Positions 22,914 through 33,049 of a stretch of 64,000 bases of DNA are shown here, in pieces (positions within the stretch are counted from its first letter, which is position 1; each line of letters starts with the position of its first letter). The notes beneath the pieces were generated by a model. The model was not told the DNA's origin and did no database searches. It was given only the letters and a program-made list of their open reading frames with translations. Source of the stretch: a virus; the IMG/VR virus record IMGVR_UViG_3300034105_002260; one strand, written 5' to 3'. Both the position numbers and the translations under genes were made by a program.

Positions 22914-25900
22914 ATGGCTAGATTATTCGACATACAAATTATTTCAGGAACCGCACCAGGTCCATATACCGTTTACTACGATACTGTAGGTAGTGGTAAT
23001 ATTGCGACATTAACAAGTTCTGGATTACCAGCAACAAGTGTTTCATTTTCATCTTTATCTACGGGAATAAATGTTACAATACCTGATGCGAGTGTAACCA
23101 TTATATTATATAATGAGCAGTGCTCATCGGATGAAACATTTAACATACCAACACCAACTCCTACACCAACCCCCACTAGCACTCCTACGCCAACACCAAC
23201 TAGTACACCAACCCCAACTCCTACACCAACGGACACACCAACCCCTACACCAACTCCTACACCAAATTGCGAGTTTGATGTTGTTGTTGATAATATAACT
23301 ACACCAACACCAACCCCTACGCCAACATCAACTCCAACCCCTACACCTACAAGTACACCAACGGATACTCCAACACCTACACCAACGGATACCCCAACGC
23401 CAACACCAACCCCTACACCAACTAGTACACCTACACCAACGCCTACACCAAATTGTGGATTTGAATTTGATATTAATGTAAACTTTGCGCCAACAGATAT
23501 TAACTTAAGTTATGATAGAATTAATGAAAATTCAGCAATTGGAACAATAGTTGGTTATTTATCGACAGCAACAATTGATAGTAGTGATACACACATATAT
23601 TCTGTAGTAAATTCGGCCCCTTTTACTATTAGTAGTAACACTTTAGTTAGTTCAATATCATTCAACTATGAGGTAACAACTTCATATACAGTAGCAATTA
23701 GAACTACTGATACTGTTGGACAATATTATGATAAACAATTTACAATTTATGTTGACAATGTTAATGAAGCACCATATGGCATAAACATTTCTGGATCAAT
23801 ACCAGAGAATAGTCCAACAGGAACAACCGCGGGTACGTTATCTACTTTAGATTCAGATACTGGAGACACATTTACATATAATTTTATTAATGGTTCATAT
23901 CCAGATAATTATAGTTTTGATTTATCTTCTAGTGGGGTATTAACATCATTAGCGGTTTTTGATTATGAAACAAAAAATGCATATCAATTAAATGTAAGAA
24001 CAACAGATGTTGTTACGGGTTTATATTATGATGGTCTTGTGTCTGTATCAGTAACTAATGTCAATGAACCACCAACAGGAATTGACTTATCATCATCTTC
24101 AATATCTGAAAATGTTCCAACAGGAACTACTATTGGTACCCTTTCAACATATGATCCCGATGCTGGTGATACATTTACATATACCCTTATTGATCCTCTT
24201 CAATATCCAGACAATGTAAATTTTACAATTACAGGAGCAGTTTTAAAATCTAAATCTGTATTTAATTATGAGACAAAAGATACATACCTTATAGGAGTTA
24301 GGTCAACAGATGCTTTAGGTTCATATGCTGAAGAATTAATATATATTTACATAACAGACTCCACCATAACTGTAACCGCATCAGCAACTACAAACGTAAC
24401 TTGTAACGGTGGTTCAAATGGTGTTATTACAATATCTAATGCAACAGGAGGAACCGCAGCATATACTTATTCAAAAGATGGTACCAACTATCAAGCGGGA
24501 ACAACATTTAGTAGTTTAACTGCGGGATCTTATACAATATACGCAAAAGACTCCTATGGTGAAGTTGGATCAACAAGTGTAACTGTAACGCAACCCACAA
24601 TTATCAGTTTCACTTCAACAGGAACAAATCCAACTTGTAACTCAAGTTCAGATGGTTCAATAACATTATCTAGTGTTAGTGGGGGAGTTGCACCATACAC
24701 ATACTCAATTGACGGTACAAACTATCAAGCGGGGACGACATTTAGTAGTTTACCTAACGGCACATATACAACATATACAAAAGATTCAAGTGGATGTGTT
24801 AGAACAAATACCACTGGTTTAAATAGAACACAGGTAAGTGCAACAACATCACAATATAATGTATTATGTTACGGTGGAACTGGATCAATTACAGTAAGTG
24901 GTGGTAGTGGAGGTTCGGGATCTGGATACCAAGCTAAAAATGGTTCAGGTGGAACATATGCGAATTTACCACTAACATATCATAGTTTAACTGCTGGAAC
25001 ATATACAATATACGTTAAAGATAGTTCTGACTGTGAAAGAACATATTCAATAACAATAACACAACCATCGGTATTAATACCGCAAGGTGGAAATAACGTT
25101 CCTCCCACTTGTTACGATTCATCAGATGGTATAGTGGCTTTTTCTGGTGGTGGAGGAACATCGCCATACACATATTCAATTGATGGTACAAATTATCAAT
25201 CTAGCGGAACTTTTACAGATTTACCAATTGGTAGTTATACTGGTTATGTTAAAGACGCCAATGGATGTGTTGAAACAATCACAAGAAACATTAACAGAAC
25301 AGCACCTAACGCGTCATTTAGTGTTACCAATATTACTTGTAATCAATCATCAAATGGTTCAATAGTTGTAAGTAGTGGATCTGGTGGTTCTGGAGGTACA
25401 TATCAAGCTAAATTTGGTTCTGGGGGCACATATGCAAACTTACCAGTTACATATTCTAGTTTATCCGCCGGAACATATACGATATATATTAAAGATAGTG
25501 TGGGTTGTGTTCAAACATACAATCAAACAATAACACAACCAACAGCAATAGGAATATCGTTAGATTCTGCAACACCACCAACTTGTTACAACGGTTCAAA
25601 TGGATCAATAGTGGTAAGTGGTTCTGGTGGTACGTCACCTTACACATATTCAAAAGATGGTACAAACTATCAATCGAGTGGTACATTTAGTAGTTTACCT
25701 GTTGGGTCATATACATTATATGTAAAAGATACTAATGGGTGTGTAACATCTACAAGTAGCACATTAAGTAGGTCGGCACCATATGCAACAATTTCGGCAT
25801 CAAACCCTAGTTGTGTTGGAACAGGAACAATAACTGTTACAGATGGTGGCGGAGGAAGTGGTTCAGGATATCAAGCTAAAAATGGTTCAGGTGGAACGTA

Positions 25901-27212
25901 TGCAGATTTACCAGTAACATATTCTAGTTTAGGTGGAGGAGCGTACGTAATTTATATTAAAGATAGTTCGGGTTGTGAAGCAACATATAGTAGAACAATT
26001 ACAATCCCATCTGCGGTTACAGTTTCTTTATCTTCATCATCATCTCCAACTTGTTATGATGGTTCAAATGGTAGTATCGTTGTAAGTGCTGGAGGTGGTA
26101 ATGGATCATATGAATTTAGAATAAATGGAGGTACCTGGCAATCAAGTGGAACATTTAGTAGTTTAGGTTCGGCAACATATAGTTTACAATCAAGAGATTC
26201 CAATGATTGCCAATCATCAGCATTAAACGTTAACATTACAAAGTCAGCACCAACCGCAAGTGTATCACAAGGTAATGTTAGTTGTAACGGTGGATCCAAC
26301 GGTTCAATTACCGTATCAAGTCCATCAGGTGGAAGTGGTTCAGGATATACTTATTCAAAAGATGGTACAAACTATCAAGCGGGAGTAACATTTAGTAGTT
26401 TATCTATTGGGTCATATACAATATACGTTAAAGATAGTGCGGGTTGTGTAAACGCCGTAACAACAGTGACAATCACACAACCCACAGATCAGACCGCGAC
26501 TATAACTGTTAACACATTTGCAACTTGTAATGGTGGTGCGGACGGTGAAATTACATTGTCATCATCTGGAGGAACGTTCCCTAAGACATATAGATTATAT
26601 GCTGACACATCAGCACCTTATGTTACTTGTGGTGGAACTTTAGTTGGAACATATACAAATAAAACTTCAGGATCACCATCTGAGACTGTTGGTAGTATTG
26701 ACGAATATGGATATTGTGTTGAAGTTACAGATGCTAATGGTTGTGTTACGTCTAGTGGAGTTGTTAGTACAACCGCTTGTTCTGGAACTTGTTATAGTAT
26801 TTACATACCTACCGCAAATTTAACAAATAATGGAGAGTCCCTATACATTGAATATAGAAAAACAAATAACGTATATGTTACTCAACCGTATAGTAATTTC
26901 CCACAAGATATTGGTCCAGGGGGAGGTGTATTAATTAACGTTTGTAGTATCATTCCAATTTCATTTAGATACGGAACCGGTGGATATCAATTCATTCCGG
27001 ATATTGAAATACTTGTAGGTGCAGGGGGTAAATGTGATAATAGTGAATGGTGTGGAGGTATGGACCCTTATATTGCTCCACCACCAACAGCAACACCAGG
27101 AACGGGAACTTATTGGTGTAAAGATAGTGAATATGGAGTATGTCAAGAACAAGCAAGTCCTTGTAGTGGAACACAAATTAATTGTGACCCTAATGAATTA
27201 CAACCAACTTAA
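22914..27212 (+). CDS. PT-linker adhesin-like protein with three cadherin-like domains and SprB repeats
   Basis: NEAP/NEPP, ENxxxGTxxG and F[ND]YE cadherin motifs (~23480-24360); repeated xTCxxxxxGSIxxSGGTxPYTYS...L.xGxYTxYVKDxxGC SprB units (~24360-26800). Confidence 0.85.
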   Translation: MARLFDIQIISGTAPGPYTVYYDTVGSGNIATLTSSGLPATSVSFSSLSTGINVTIPDASVTIILYNEQCSSDETFNIPTPTPTPTPTSTPTPTPTSTPTPTPTPTDTPTPTPTPTPNCEFDVVVDNITTPTPTPTPTSTPTPTPTSTPTDTPTPTPTDTPTPTPTPTPTSTPTPTPTPNCGFEFDINVNFAPTDINLSYDRINENSAIGTIVGYLSTATIDSSDTHIYSVVNSAPFTISSNTLVSSISFNYEVTTSYTVAIRTTDTVGQYYDKQFTIYVDNVNEAPYGINISGSIPENSPTGTTAGTLSTLDSDTGDTFTYNFINGSYPDNYSFDLSSSGVLTSLAVFDYETKNAYQLNVRTTDVVTGLYYDGLVSVSVTNVNEPPTGIDLSSSSISENVPTGTTIGTLSTYDPDAGDTFTYTLIDPLQYPDNVNFTITGAVLKSKSVFNYETKDTYLIGVRSTDALGSYAEELIYIYITDSTITVTASATTNVTCNGGSNGVITISNATGGTAAYTYSKDGTNYQAGTTFSSLTAGSYTIYAKDSYGEVGSTSVTVTQPTIISFTSTGTNPTCNSSSDGSITLSSVSGGVAPYTYSIDGTNYQAGTTFSSLPNGTYTTYTKDSSGCVRTNTTGLNRTQVSATTSQYNVLCYGGTGSITVSGGSGGSGSGYQAKNGSGGTYANLPLTYHSLTAGTYTIYVKDSSDCERTYSITITQPSVLIPQGGNNVPPTCYDSSDGIVAFSGGGGTSPYTYSIDGTNYQSSGTFTDLPIGSYTGYVKDANGCVETITRNINRTAPNASFSVTNITCNQSSNGSIVVSSGSGGSGGTYQAKFGSGGTYANLPVTYSSLSAGTYTIYIKDSVGCVQTYNQTITQPTAIGISLDSATPPTCYNGSNGSIVVSGSGGTSPYTYSKDGTNYQSSGTFSSLPVGSYTLYVKDTNGCVTSTSSTLSRSAPYATISASNPSCVGTGTITVTDGGGGSGSGYQAKNGSGGTYADLPVTYSSLGGGAYVIYIKDSSGCEATYSRTITIPSAVTVSLSSSSSPTCYDGSNGSIVVSAGGGNGSYEFRINGGTWQSSGTFSSLGSATYSLQSRDSNDCQSSALNVNITKSAPTASVSQGNVSCNGGSNGSITVSSPSGGSGSGYTYSKDGTNYQAGVTFSSLSIGSYTIYVKDSAGCVNAVTTVTITQPTDQTATITVNTFATCNGGADGEITLSSSGGTFPKTYRLYADTSAPYVTCGGTLVGTYTNKTSGSPSETVGSIDEYGYCVEVTDANGCVTSSGVVSTTACSGTCYSIYIPTANLTNNGESLYIEYRKTNNVYVTQPYSNFPQDIGPGGGVLINVCSIIPISFRYGTGGYQFIPDIEILVGAGGKCDNSEWCGGMDPYIAPPPTATPGTGTYWCKDSEYGVCQEQASPCSGTQINCDPNELQPT

Positions 27213-27263
27213 AAAAAAAGAATAAAACAAAATAAACAGATATTTATATAAAAAAGAAAAATT

Positions 27264-28142
27264 ATGGTAATTACATTCACATTACAAGCAGCTTACTCAG
27301 GCTCAACCTATGTGGCAGGACCTTTTAACATATCAGGTACAACAAATACAGGAACGGTTACGCAATTAGCTACAGGTTTAACAAAAACCCAATTATTAAC
27401 CGGATACACAATTACGGGAATAAGTGACGCTACAACAGGTGGAACAATTAACAGTACAGGGACTTGTTCAACTTCAGTACCTTGGTTGGCTAATTCAACT
27501 CCGACTCCAACACCTACAAGTACCCCAACCCCAACTCCAACTTCAGACGGTGGTGGTGGTGGTGGTTGTTTCATTGAAGGAACTAACATTACATTAGCGG
27601 ATGGATCACAAGTATTAATTGAAACATTACAAGTAGGTAACGTTTTAAAGTCGTTTGCAATTGACACCTTACCATTATATTCTGACGATGATACAGTATT
27701 AACAACTTGGAATACATCGAATTTAATAGGTACTGATTCAACAGCAACTATTGTATCAATTAGACCAATTCAGGTAACTGAAATTATTGTAATTAATAAT
27801 TTATTAAAAACAACACCAAATCACAAACATTTAGTTAAACACGAAGGTGTTTGGTCATTTGCTTCAGCGTATATGGTTGTTGTTGGAGATATTATGGTAG
27901 ATATTAATAATAATGAATTTGAAATAACTTCAGTTGAACTTCAAGAAGTTGAAACGATTGTCTATAAAATGGACGTTGAGTCACTTGACGTATTCTACGC
28001 TGAGAACGTATTAACACACAACCTTAAACCAGTAGATTCAGACGGAACATATGAATGTTCTGGTGGTGGTTGTCTTGCCGCTGTTGATGGACAATACTCT
28101 TCATTATCTGAGTGTAATGCCGCTTGTATTGTTCCAAATTAA
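27264..28142 (+). CDS. PT-linker protein with Hint (intein-like/BIL) domain and Cys-rich C-terminal peptide
   Basis: G6-CFIEGT...LADG (block A), TPNH (block B), VFYAENVLTHN (C-terminal HN); Hint spans 27567-28022. Confidence 0.88.
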   Translation: MVITFTLQAAYSGSTYVAGPFNISGTTNTGTVTQLATGLTKTQLLTGYTITGISDATTGGTINSTGTCSTSVPWLANSTPTPTPTSTPTPTPTSDGGGGGGCFIEGTNITLADGSQVLIETLQVGNVLKSFAIDTLPLYSDDDTVLTTWNTSNLIGTDSTATIVSIRPIQVTEIIVINNLLKTTPNHKHLVKHEGVWSFASAYMVVVGDIMVDINNNEFEITSVELQEVETIVYKMDVESLDVFYAENVLTHNLKPVDSDGTYECSGGGCLAAVDGQYSSLSECNAACIVPN

Positions 28143-28163
28143 TCAAAATTTGATTTATATTTT

Positions 28164-28193
28164 AAAAAACCCCTTCACAAAAGGGGTTTTTTT
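28164..28193. terminator. Intrinsic terminator, possibly bidirectional
   Basis: AAAAAACCCCTT-CACAA-AAGGGGTTTTTT. Confidence 0.85.
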
Positions 28194-28226
28194 GTTTAAA
28201 TTTTATATGGTTGTATTTATGGTTAT

Positions 28227-29228
28227 ATGAGTTTCAAAATAAGGTTAAATAACATTAGTGTACCCACGGGTAATCAGTATAAAGTGTTTTACAAATTAAA
28301 TGTAAGAACACCTGGCAATGTTACATCTCAGGGTGATGTGAATTGGGGAACACTTTATGGAACTTATACAGGAGGAACAACCGCTAATATCGAAATTGAT
28401 TTTAATTCAATTGATCCAAACCCGTTTGGAAAACAAAATTGGTTTAAAATTTTAGATACGGTAACGGGCAGTTACATTATTGAAAATATCTATATTCACG
28501 AATATGAATACTATCGTTATTGTGACCATTGTTGTGATTTTTCAGGTGGTACTGCTTCATTTGTTACATATGACGTAACTCCCACACCAACCCCAACGGC
28601 AACTAGTACATCAACGCCCACACCAACTGCAACAAATACACCTACTCCAACACCAATACCACCAACTGCAACACCAACACCTACACCAATACCACCAACT
28701 GCAACCCCAACTCCAACACCTACAGCAACTAGTACACCAACCCCCACACCGACCTTACCTGTAACAGGTTTAGTTTGGGCAACCACAAATAATGTTAGTG
28801 GGGCAACACAATGTGCTGATGCTGGTTGGGTAATTTCAAATGGTAACTTATCGATTAGATATAACATTTCAGATTCCGCCAATTGTGGAGGTACTTGTGA
28901 TTTAACACAAATAGGAACAGCGACCGCAACAATTACGGTTGGAGGTTTTGACACAAATTTAGGTTTAAATTTTGTTGGTTCAGGTGAATCACAAGATGCT
29001 GGGTACGAAAAAATATCATTTAAATTGGACAATACTTTAATTGCTAGTGCAACTTCCCAAGATTTAAATGGTAATTGTGCTATGGTCCCAGTGGTTCAGA
29101 CTTACAATGTCGCTCCACCTTATTTATTATTGGCGGGAACTGTTCACACTTTATTAATTGAATTTACCACTAATGATCCTCAATATCACGTAGATGGGTT
29201 TTATCAAGCTAATTTAAGTTTTACATAA
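28227..29228 (+). CDS. PT-linker protein with C-terminal beta-rich (lectin-like) domain
   Basis: N-domain, CCDF, PT tract, then Cys-containing beta-rich domain; fold is inferred. Confidence 0.6.
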   Translation: MSFKIRLNNISVPTGNQYKVFYKLNVRTPGNVTSQGDVNWGTLYGTYTGGTTANIEIDFNSIDPNPFGKQNWFKILDTVTGSYIIENIYIHEYEYYRYCDHCCDFSGGTASFVTYDVTPTPTPTATSTSTPTPTATNTPTPTPIPPTATPTPTPIPPTATPTPTPTATSTPTPTPTLPVTGLVWATTNNVSGATQCADAGWVISNGNLSIRYNISDSANCGGTCDLTQIGTATATITVGGFDTNLGLNFVGSGESQDAGYEKISFKLDNTLIASATSQDLNGNCAMVPVVQTYNVAPPYLLLAGTVHTLLIEFTTNDPQYHVDGFYQANLSFT

Positions 29229-29241
29229 TAAAATAATAATA

Positions 29242-29559
29242 ATGAACAGAATATTATATAACGGTAGAGAAAGAGATAGAAGAGGACATAATGCCAACTT
29301 TGAAGATTTACCAATTGAGGTGAAGAGTAACTTTAAAAAAATAAAAGAATCTATTGAAAAATATTTCAATAAGGAAATGGATGTTAGAGTTATAGGTAGT
29401 CACTTGGAGGGTTACTATGATGAATTTTCAGATTATGATGTGGTTATTGAAGAGGAATGTGACATTATAGAATTAGAAGAAGTGGTATCAAATGAATGTG
29501 AATTAAATGTTAGTGTTGTATTCGACACGATAAAATATAGTCAATCAATAATAAAATAA
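29242..29559 (+). CDS. Minimal nucleotidyltransferase (Pol-beta superfamily, MNT-like)
   Basis: hGS...SDxD motif: VIGSHLEGYYDEFSDYDVVI. Confidence 0.75.
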   Translation: MNRILYNGRERDRRGHNANFEDLPIEVKSNFKKIKESIEKYFNKEMDVRVIGSHLEGYYDEFSDYDVVIEEECDIIELEEVVSNECELNVSVVFDTIKYSQSIIK

Positions 29560-29562
29560 ATT

Positions 29563-31056
29563 ATGCCATCATTTGTTGCATCAGTAAATTTAGGAACGGT
29601 AGGTGATGATATTACATCTGTAAAGTTATATGCTTGTACGGATAGTAGTTGCACTAGTTGTGTGTCGTTATCTGGATATACTAGCGTTTTAGTTTCTACT
29701 TTTCCGAGAAATATTGGTGGTATACCAATGGGGTCAACTAATATTAAGGTGGAATCAATTGGTCGATGTAATGTGTCACAATGTATTTCAATTGTTGGAA
29801 TACCGACTGCAGTACCAACCTCAACACCAACCTCAACACCAGCACCTACGGCAACTCCAATACCTGCAACCGCAACACCAATACCACCAACTAGTACGCC
29901 AATACCACCAACTAGTACACCGACACCGACACCTACTAGTAGTACGCCAACGCCAACACCAATACCACCAACTAGTACACCAACACCAACGGCTACTAAT
30001 ACACCAACGCCAACACCTACCCCAACACCTACACCAATAGGACCAACTATTACACCTACCCCAACAATAGTTTATTACTATTATGCGATGGGTGATTGTA
30101 ACGATATGAGATATGCTGGTACTGAAACAACCATTTTTGGATTCGGAGCACCGTTAGTGGTTCCTGTTTGTATGACCTCTGCACAAGTTACTCAATGGTA
30201 CTCTACCGCTAATTTCGCACAACAAACGTTAAATATTGATTACGATGACCCTTGTGCCTTTGGTGAAGGTTATTCGGGTGTAACAGTTGGTAGAAGTACA
30301 ACAGAATTAACAGAAGGAACGGTTTATCTTGTTAGTGGTCAATGTTTATCTATTATTTCTATTAAGGCGGAATACGTTGGAAGTTGGAGCGTTGATTTAG
30401 ACAATAGAACTCCAATTACTGGTGACAATCCTTGTGGAGCTTGTGACCCACCATTCACTGGTTATACATTAACAGGATATAGTGGTGTGACTTGCGATAC
30501 GGGTGAAAATATTATAGCGGTAACGATATTTGGTAGTTTAGTGGTGGGTAATGAATATGGAATACAACTATACAGTGGAAATACTATTGTGGGTGATGCT
30601 AGATGTATGACCATTAACGCCAATCTCGGTCCTCAACTTACTCTTACCGACCCAGAAAATAATCCATATTCAGGATATCACATCTCAGATGCGGGACCAT
30701 TTGTTTTAGGACAACCAATGTTCCAAGGATATGCGGATTGTGGAACCTGCAATGCCGTACCTAAAAAATATAAAATAGATGGTGTAAGGTGTGATAACGC
30801 AAGTTACAGTGTAACTGTATGGTCAGATACATTACCAACAATTGGAATTAATGATACGTTTAGAGTTAACGATTCATTCTTAAACACATTCTGTTGGAAG
30901 GTAACTGCAAAAGATATCTATAAAACGGTTGTTTATAGTACACCGGTATTTACTATATTGGATACAGGATGCTCACCTTGTGATGGGTCAGCACCAACAC
31001 CTACACCAACACCAATTCCAGACGGAGGAGGTAGTGGTGGAAGTTCAGGAAGTTAA
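29563..31056 (+). CDS. PT-linker Cys-rich protein
   Basis: N-terminal CxxxxCxxC...CxxSxC module, PT/PIPPT tract, Cys-rich C-terminal region. Confidence 0.7.
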   Translation: MPSFVASVNLGTVGDDITSVKLYACTDSSCTSCVSLSGYTSVLVSTFPRNIGGIPMGSTNIKVESIGRCNVSQCISIVGIPTAVPTSTPTSTPAPTATPIPATATPIPPTSTPIPPTSTPTPTPTSSTPTPTPIPPTSTPTPTATNTPTPTPTPTPTPIGPTITPTPTIVYYYYAMGDCNDMRYAGTETTIFGFGAPLVVPVCMTSAQVTQWYSTANFAQQTLNIDYDDPCAFGEGYSGVTVGRSTTELTEGTVYLVSGQCLSIISIKAEYVGSWSVDLDNRTPITGDNPCGACDPPFTGYTLTGYSGVTCDTGENIIAVTIFGSLVVGNEYGIQLYSGNTIVGDARCMTINANLGPQLTLTDPENNPYSGYHISDAGPFVLGQPMFQGYADCGTCNAVPKKYKIDGVRCDNASYSVTVWSDTLPTIGINDTFRVNDSFLNTFCWKVTAKDIYKTVVYSTPVFTILDTGCSPCDGSAPTPTPTPIPDGGGSGGSSGS

Positions 31057-31070
31057 AAACAACATAAATT

Positions 31071-31715
31071 ATGAACACATTTAATAGAGTAGCAAATTTA
31101 AACGATAGTATTTTTTTTCAAAGAGGAATTGTAACAACAACTAAACATTGGACTAGACCATCGTATCAAAAAGTTTATGATTTTTTATTTAATTTATATC
31201 TTAAATCAACGATTATAAAAGAATATGATATGTACCTAATGGGTGGAGTTTTATTTGATTTTAATAACACTTGGGATTTGGATATATGTCTTGTTGGAGG
31301 TGACCACACTGATGAAAAAATAGAAAAAGATTTGAATTTTATTACGGATATGGGATTAAATCAATTTAATTTATTATTGGACGTAACTTGGTATGAACAT
31401 CGACCATCAAATCTAAGATATGATGAAATGGTTCAGAATGAATTTAAACCAGACAATATGATTCACAAAAAAATAGGTTACATCAAAAAACAAATTAATG
31501 ATGAATTTGAAGAAAAGGATTTAAGAAATAACCCAAATTTTATTTTATTGAGTGATTACTTGGTTCAAACAAATTCTGGTATAAACGGTAGGTATACCGA
31601 AAAAATAATAAATAAAGTTCAAAATAACCCGAAACCCGAAACGATAACAACATTTAGTGTTATGGATTTCTTAGAAAAAGGTGAAAGTTATTTCTACACA
31701 CATACAAATAGATAA
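31071..31715 (+). CDS. Nucleotidyltransferase-fold protein
   Basis: YLMGGVL...TWDLDICL...LLDV (GG, DxD and a third Asp). Confidence 0.6.
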   Translation: MNTFNRVANLNDSIFFQRGIVTTTKHWTRPSYQKVYDFLFNLYLKSTIIKEYDMYLMGGVLFDFNNTWDLDICLVGGDHTDEKIEKDLNFITDMGLNQFNLLLDVTWYEHRPSNLRYDEMVQNEFKPDNMIHKKIGYIKKQINDEFEEKDLRNNPNFILLSDYLVQTNSGINGRYTEKIINKVQNNPKPETITTFSVMDFLEKGESYFYTHTNR

Positions 31716-31739
31716 AACAAAAGATAATATTTATAACAT

Positions 31740-33020
31740 ATGGCATTTTCATCAACAATAACAATAACAGGAAGTACAAACATCACAAACTTTGATATCT
31801 TTCAATGTCCAACTTCAGGTTGTACAGGATGTGTTGCTATTACAGGTAGTACAGGTGAAAATGTGAGTAGAATGAAATTATTAACTGGACATACCGTTTC
31901 GGTGGATCAAGGTTATAGATATATTAAATTAGTGGCGGACACCGCAACTTGTAATAATTCAATTTGTATGGAAGTTGTGGGTATACCAACATTTACCCCA
32001 ACTCCAACTCCAACTAGAACTCCAACACCGACGCCAACACCAACAACGGTAGGACCAACTAGTACACCAACTCCTACATCTACGCCAGTAGGACCAACTA
32101 GCACACCGACTTCAACACCAGTAGGACCAACTCCTACACCTACATCAACAAATACACCAACCCCAACCCCTACACCAACTAGAACTTCAACACCAACACC
32201 TACTGGAACCTCAACGCCAACACCAACTCCATTACCGGGATGTAGTAGTACTATAATTGGTTCTTACACGGGGTCTTCTTATACATTAATAACACATAGT
32301 TTAAATTTCGTGGGAGCAACAAACGGTGGATTAATTACTGTACACTATACCGCTAACACAAGACCAAATAGATTTAATATATATGGTGGTGGAAACTTAA
32401 TAGTAAGTAGTTTATGGGCTGGTTCGGATACTAACTATACAGGTCCTTGGACTGGTAACTCTATAGACACAGATGGAGATGGATATATCTCTTTCGTATA
32501 TAATAGTAGTTTATCATATGAATTAAAAGTTGATGTGGGTGGATCAAATCCAGATAACGCATTAGATGATTCTTATTCTGTAACATTTAGTTGTACTGGA
32601 CCAACACCAACACCAACCGCAACGCCGAGTTATTATCCCGTGACAGTTCAATTAGATGGGTTTAACGGTGATAATGGTAACTTACAAATTTGGCAATCTG
32701 CAGATAATACAGTAGGTAGTTTCCAACAATCATTAACATTAACAAGTACGGGTGTTAACGGTTCATCACAAAGTTTTAACGGTACCCCAGGGTATTATTA
32801 TTATATGATAGTAGCGAGAACATCTGGAACTTCATCAACTAGATTAAATTTATATACTCAAGTAGATCTTACTGACTTTAGCCCTGGACCTATAAATGGC
32901 GCTTGGTGTTCAGGTCCTAATAGTTCACCATTACAATCAGATGTTTTCCGTTTACCTACCCCAATTCAAAGTAGACAATCAATTAAGTTCTTTGGTAGTT
33001 TAGATATTGGTTGTTTATAA
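31740..33020 (+). CDS. PT-linker protein, N-terminal paralog of 29563..31056
   Basis: Same Cys pattern ending VGIPT, long PT tract, two beta-rich domains. Confidence 0.7.
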   Translation: MAFSSTITITGSTNITNFDIFQCPTSGCTGCVAITGSTGENVSRMKLLTGHTVSVDQGYRYIKLVADTATCNNSICMEVVGIPTFTPTPTPTRTPTPTPTPTTVGPTSTPTPTSTPVGPTSTPTSTPVGPTPTPTSTNTPTPTPTPTRTSTPTPTGTSTPTPTPLPGCSSTIIGSYTGSSYTLITHSLNFVGATNGGLITVHYTANTRPNRFNIYGGGNLIVSSLWAGSDTNYTGPWTGNSIDTDGDGYISFVYNSSLSYELKVDVGGSNPDNALDDSYSVTFSCTGPTPTPTATPSYYPVTVQLDGFNGDNGNLQIWQSADNTVGSFQQSLTLTSTGVNGSSQSFNGTPGYYYYMIVARTSGTSSTRLNLYTQVDLTDFSPGPINGAWCSGPNSSPLQSDVFRLPTPIQSRQSIKFFGSLDIGCL

Positions 33021-33049
33021 TAATAATAATAAAATAGTATTTATATCAT

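Noticed and set aside
27567-28022. Canonical mobile intein
   Set aside because: No endonuclease domain, +1 residue is Leu, and the host protein is not a conserved enzyme; fits BIL/Hint better
15943-33020. Diversity-generating retroelement acting on the adhesins
   Set aside because: No reverse transcriptase and no template/variable repeat pair with A-specific mismatches seen in this window
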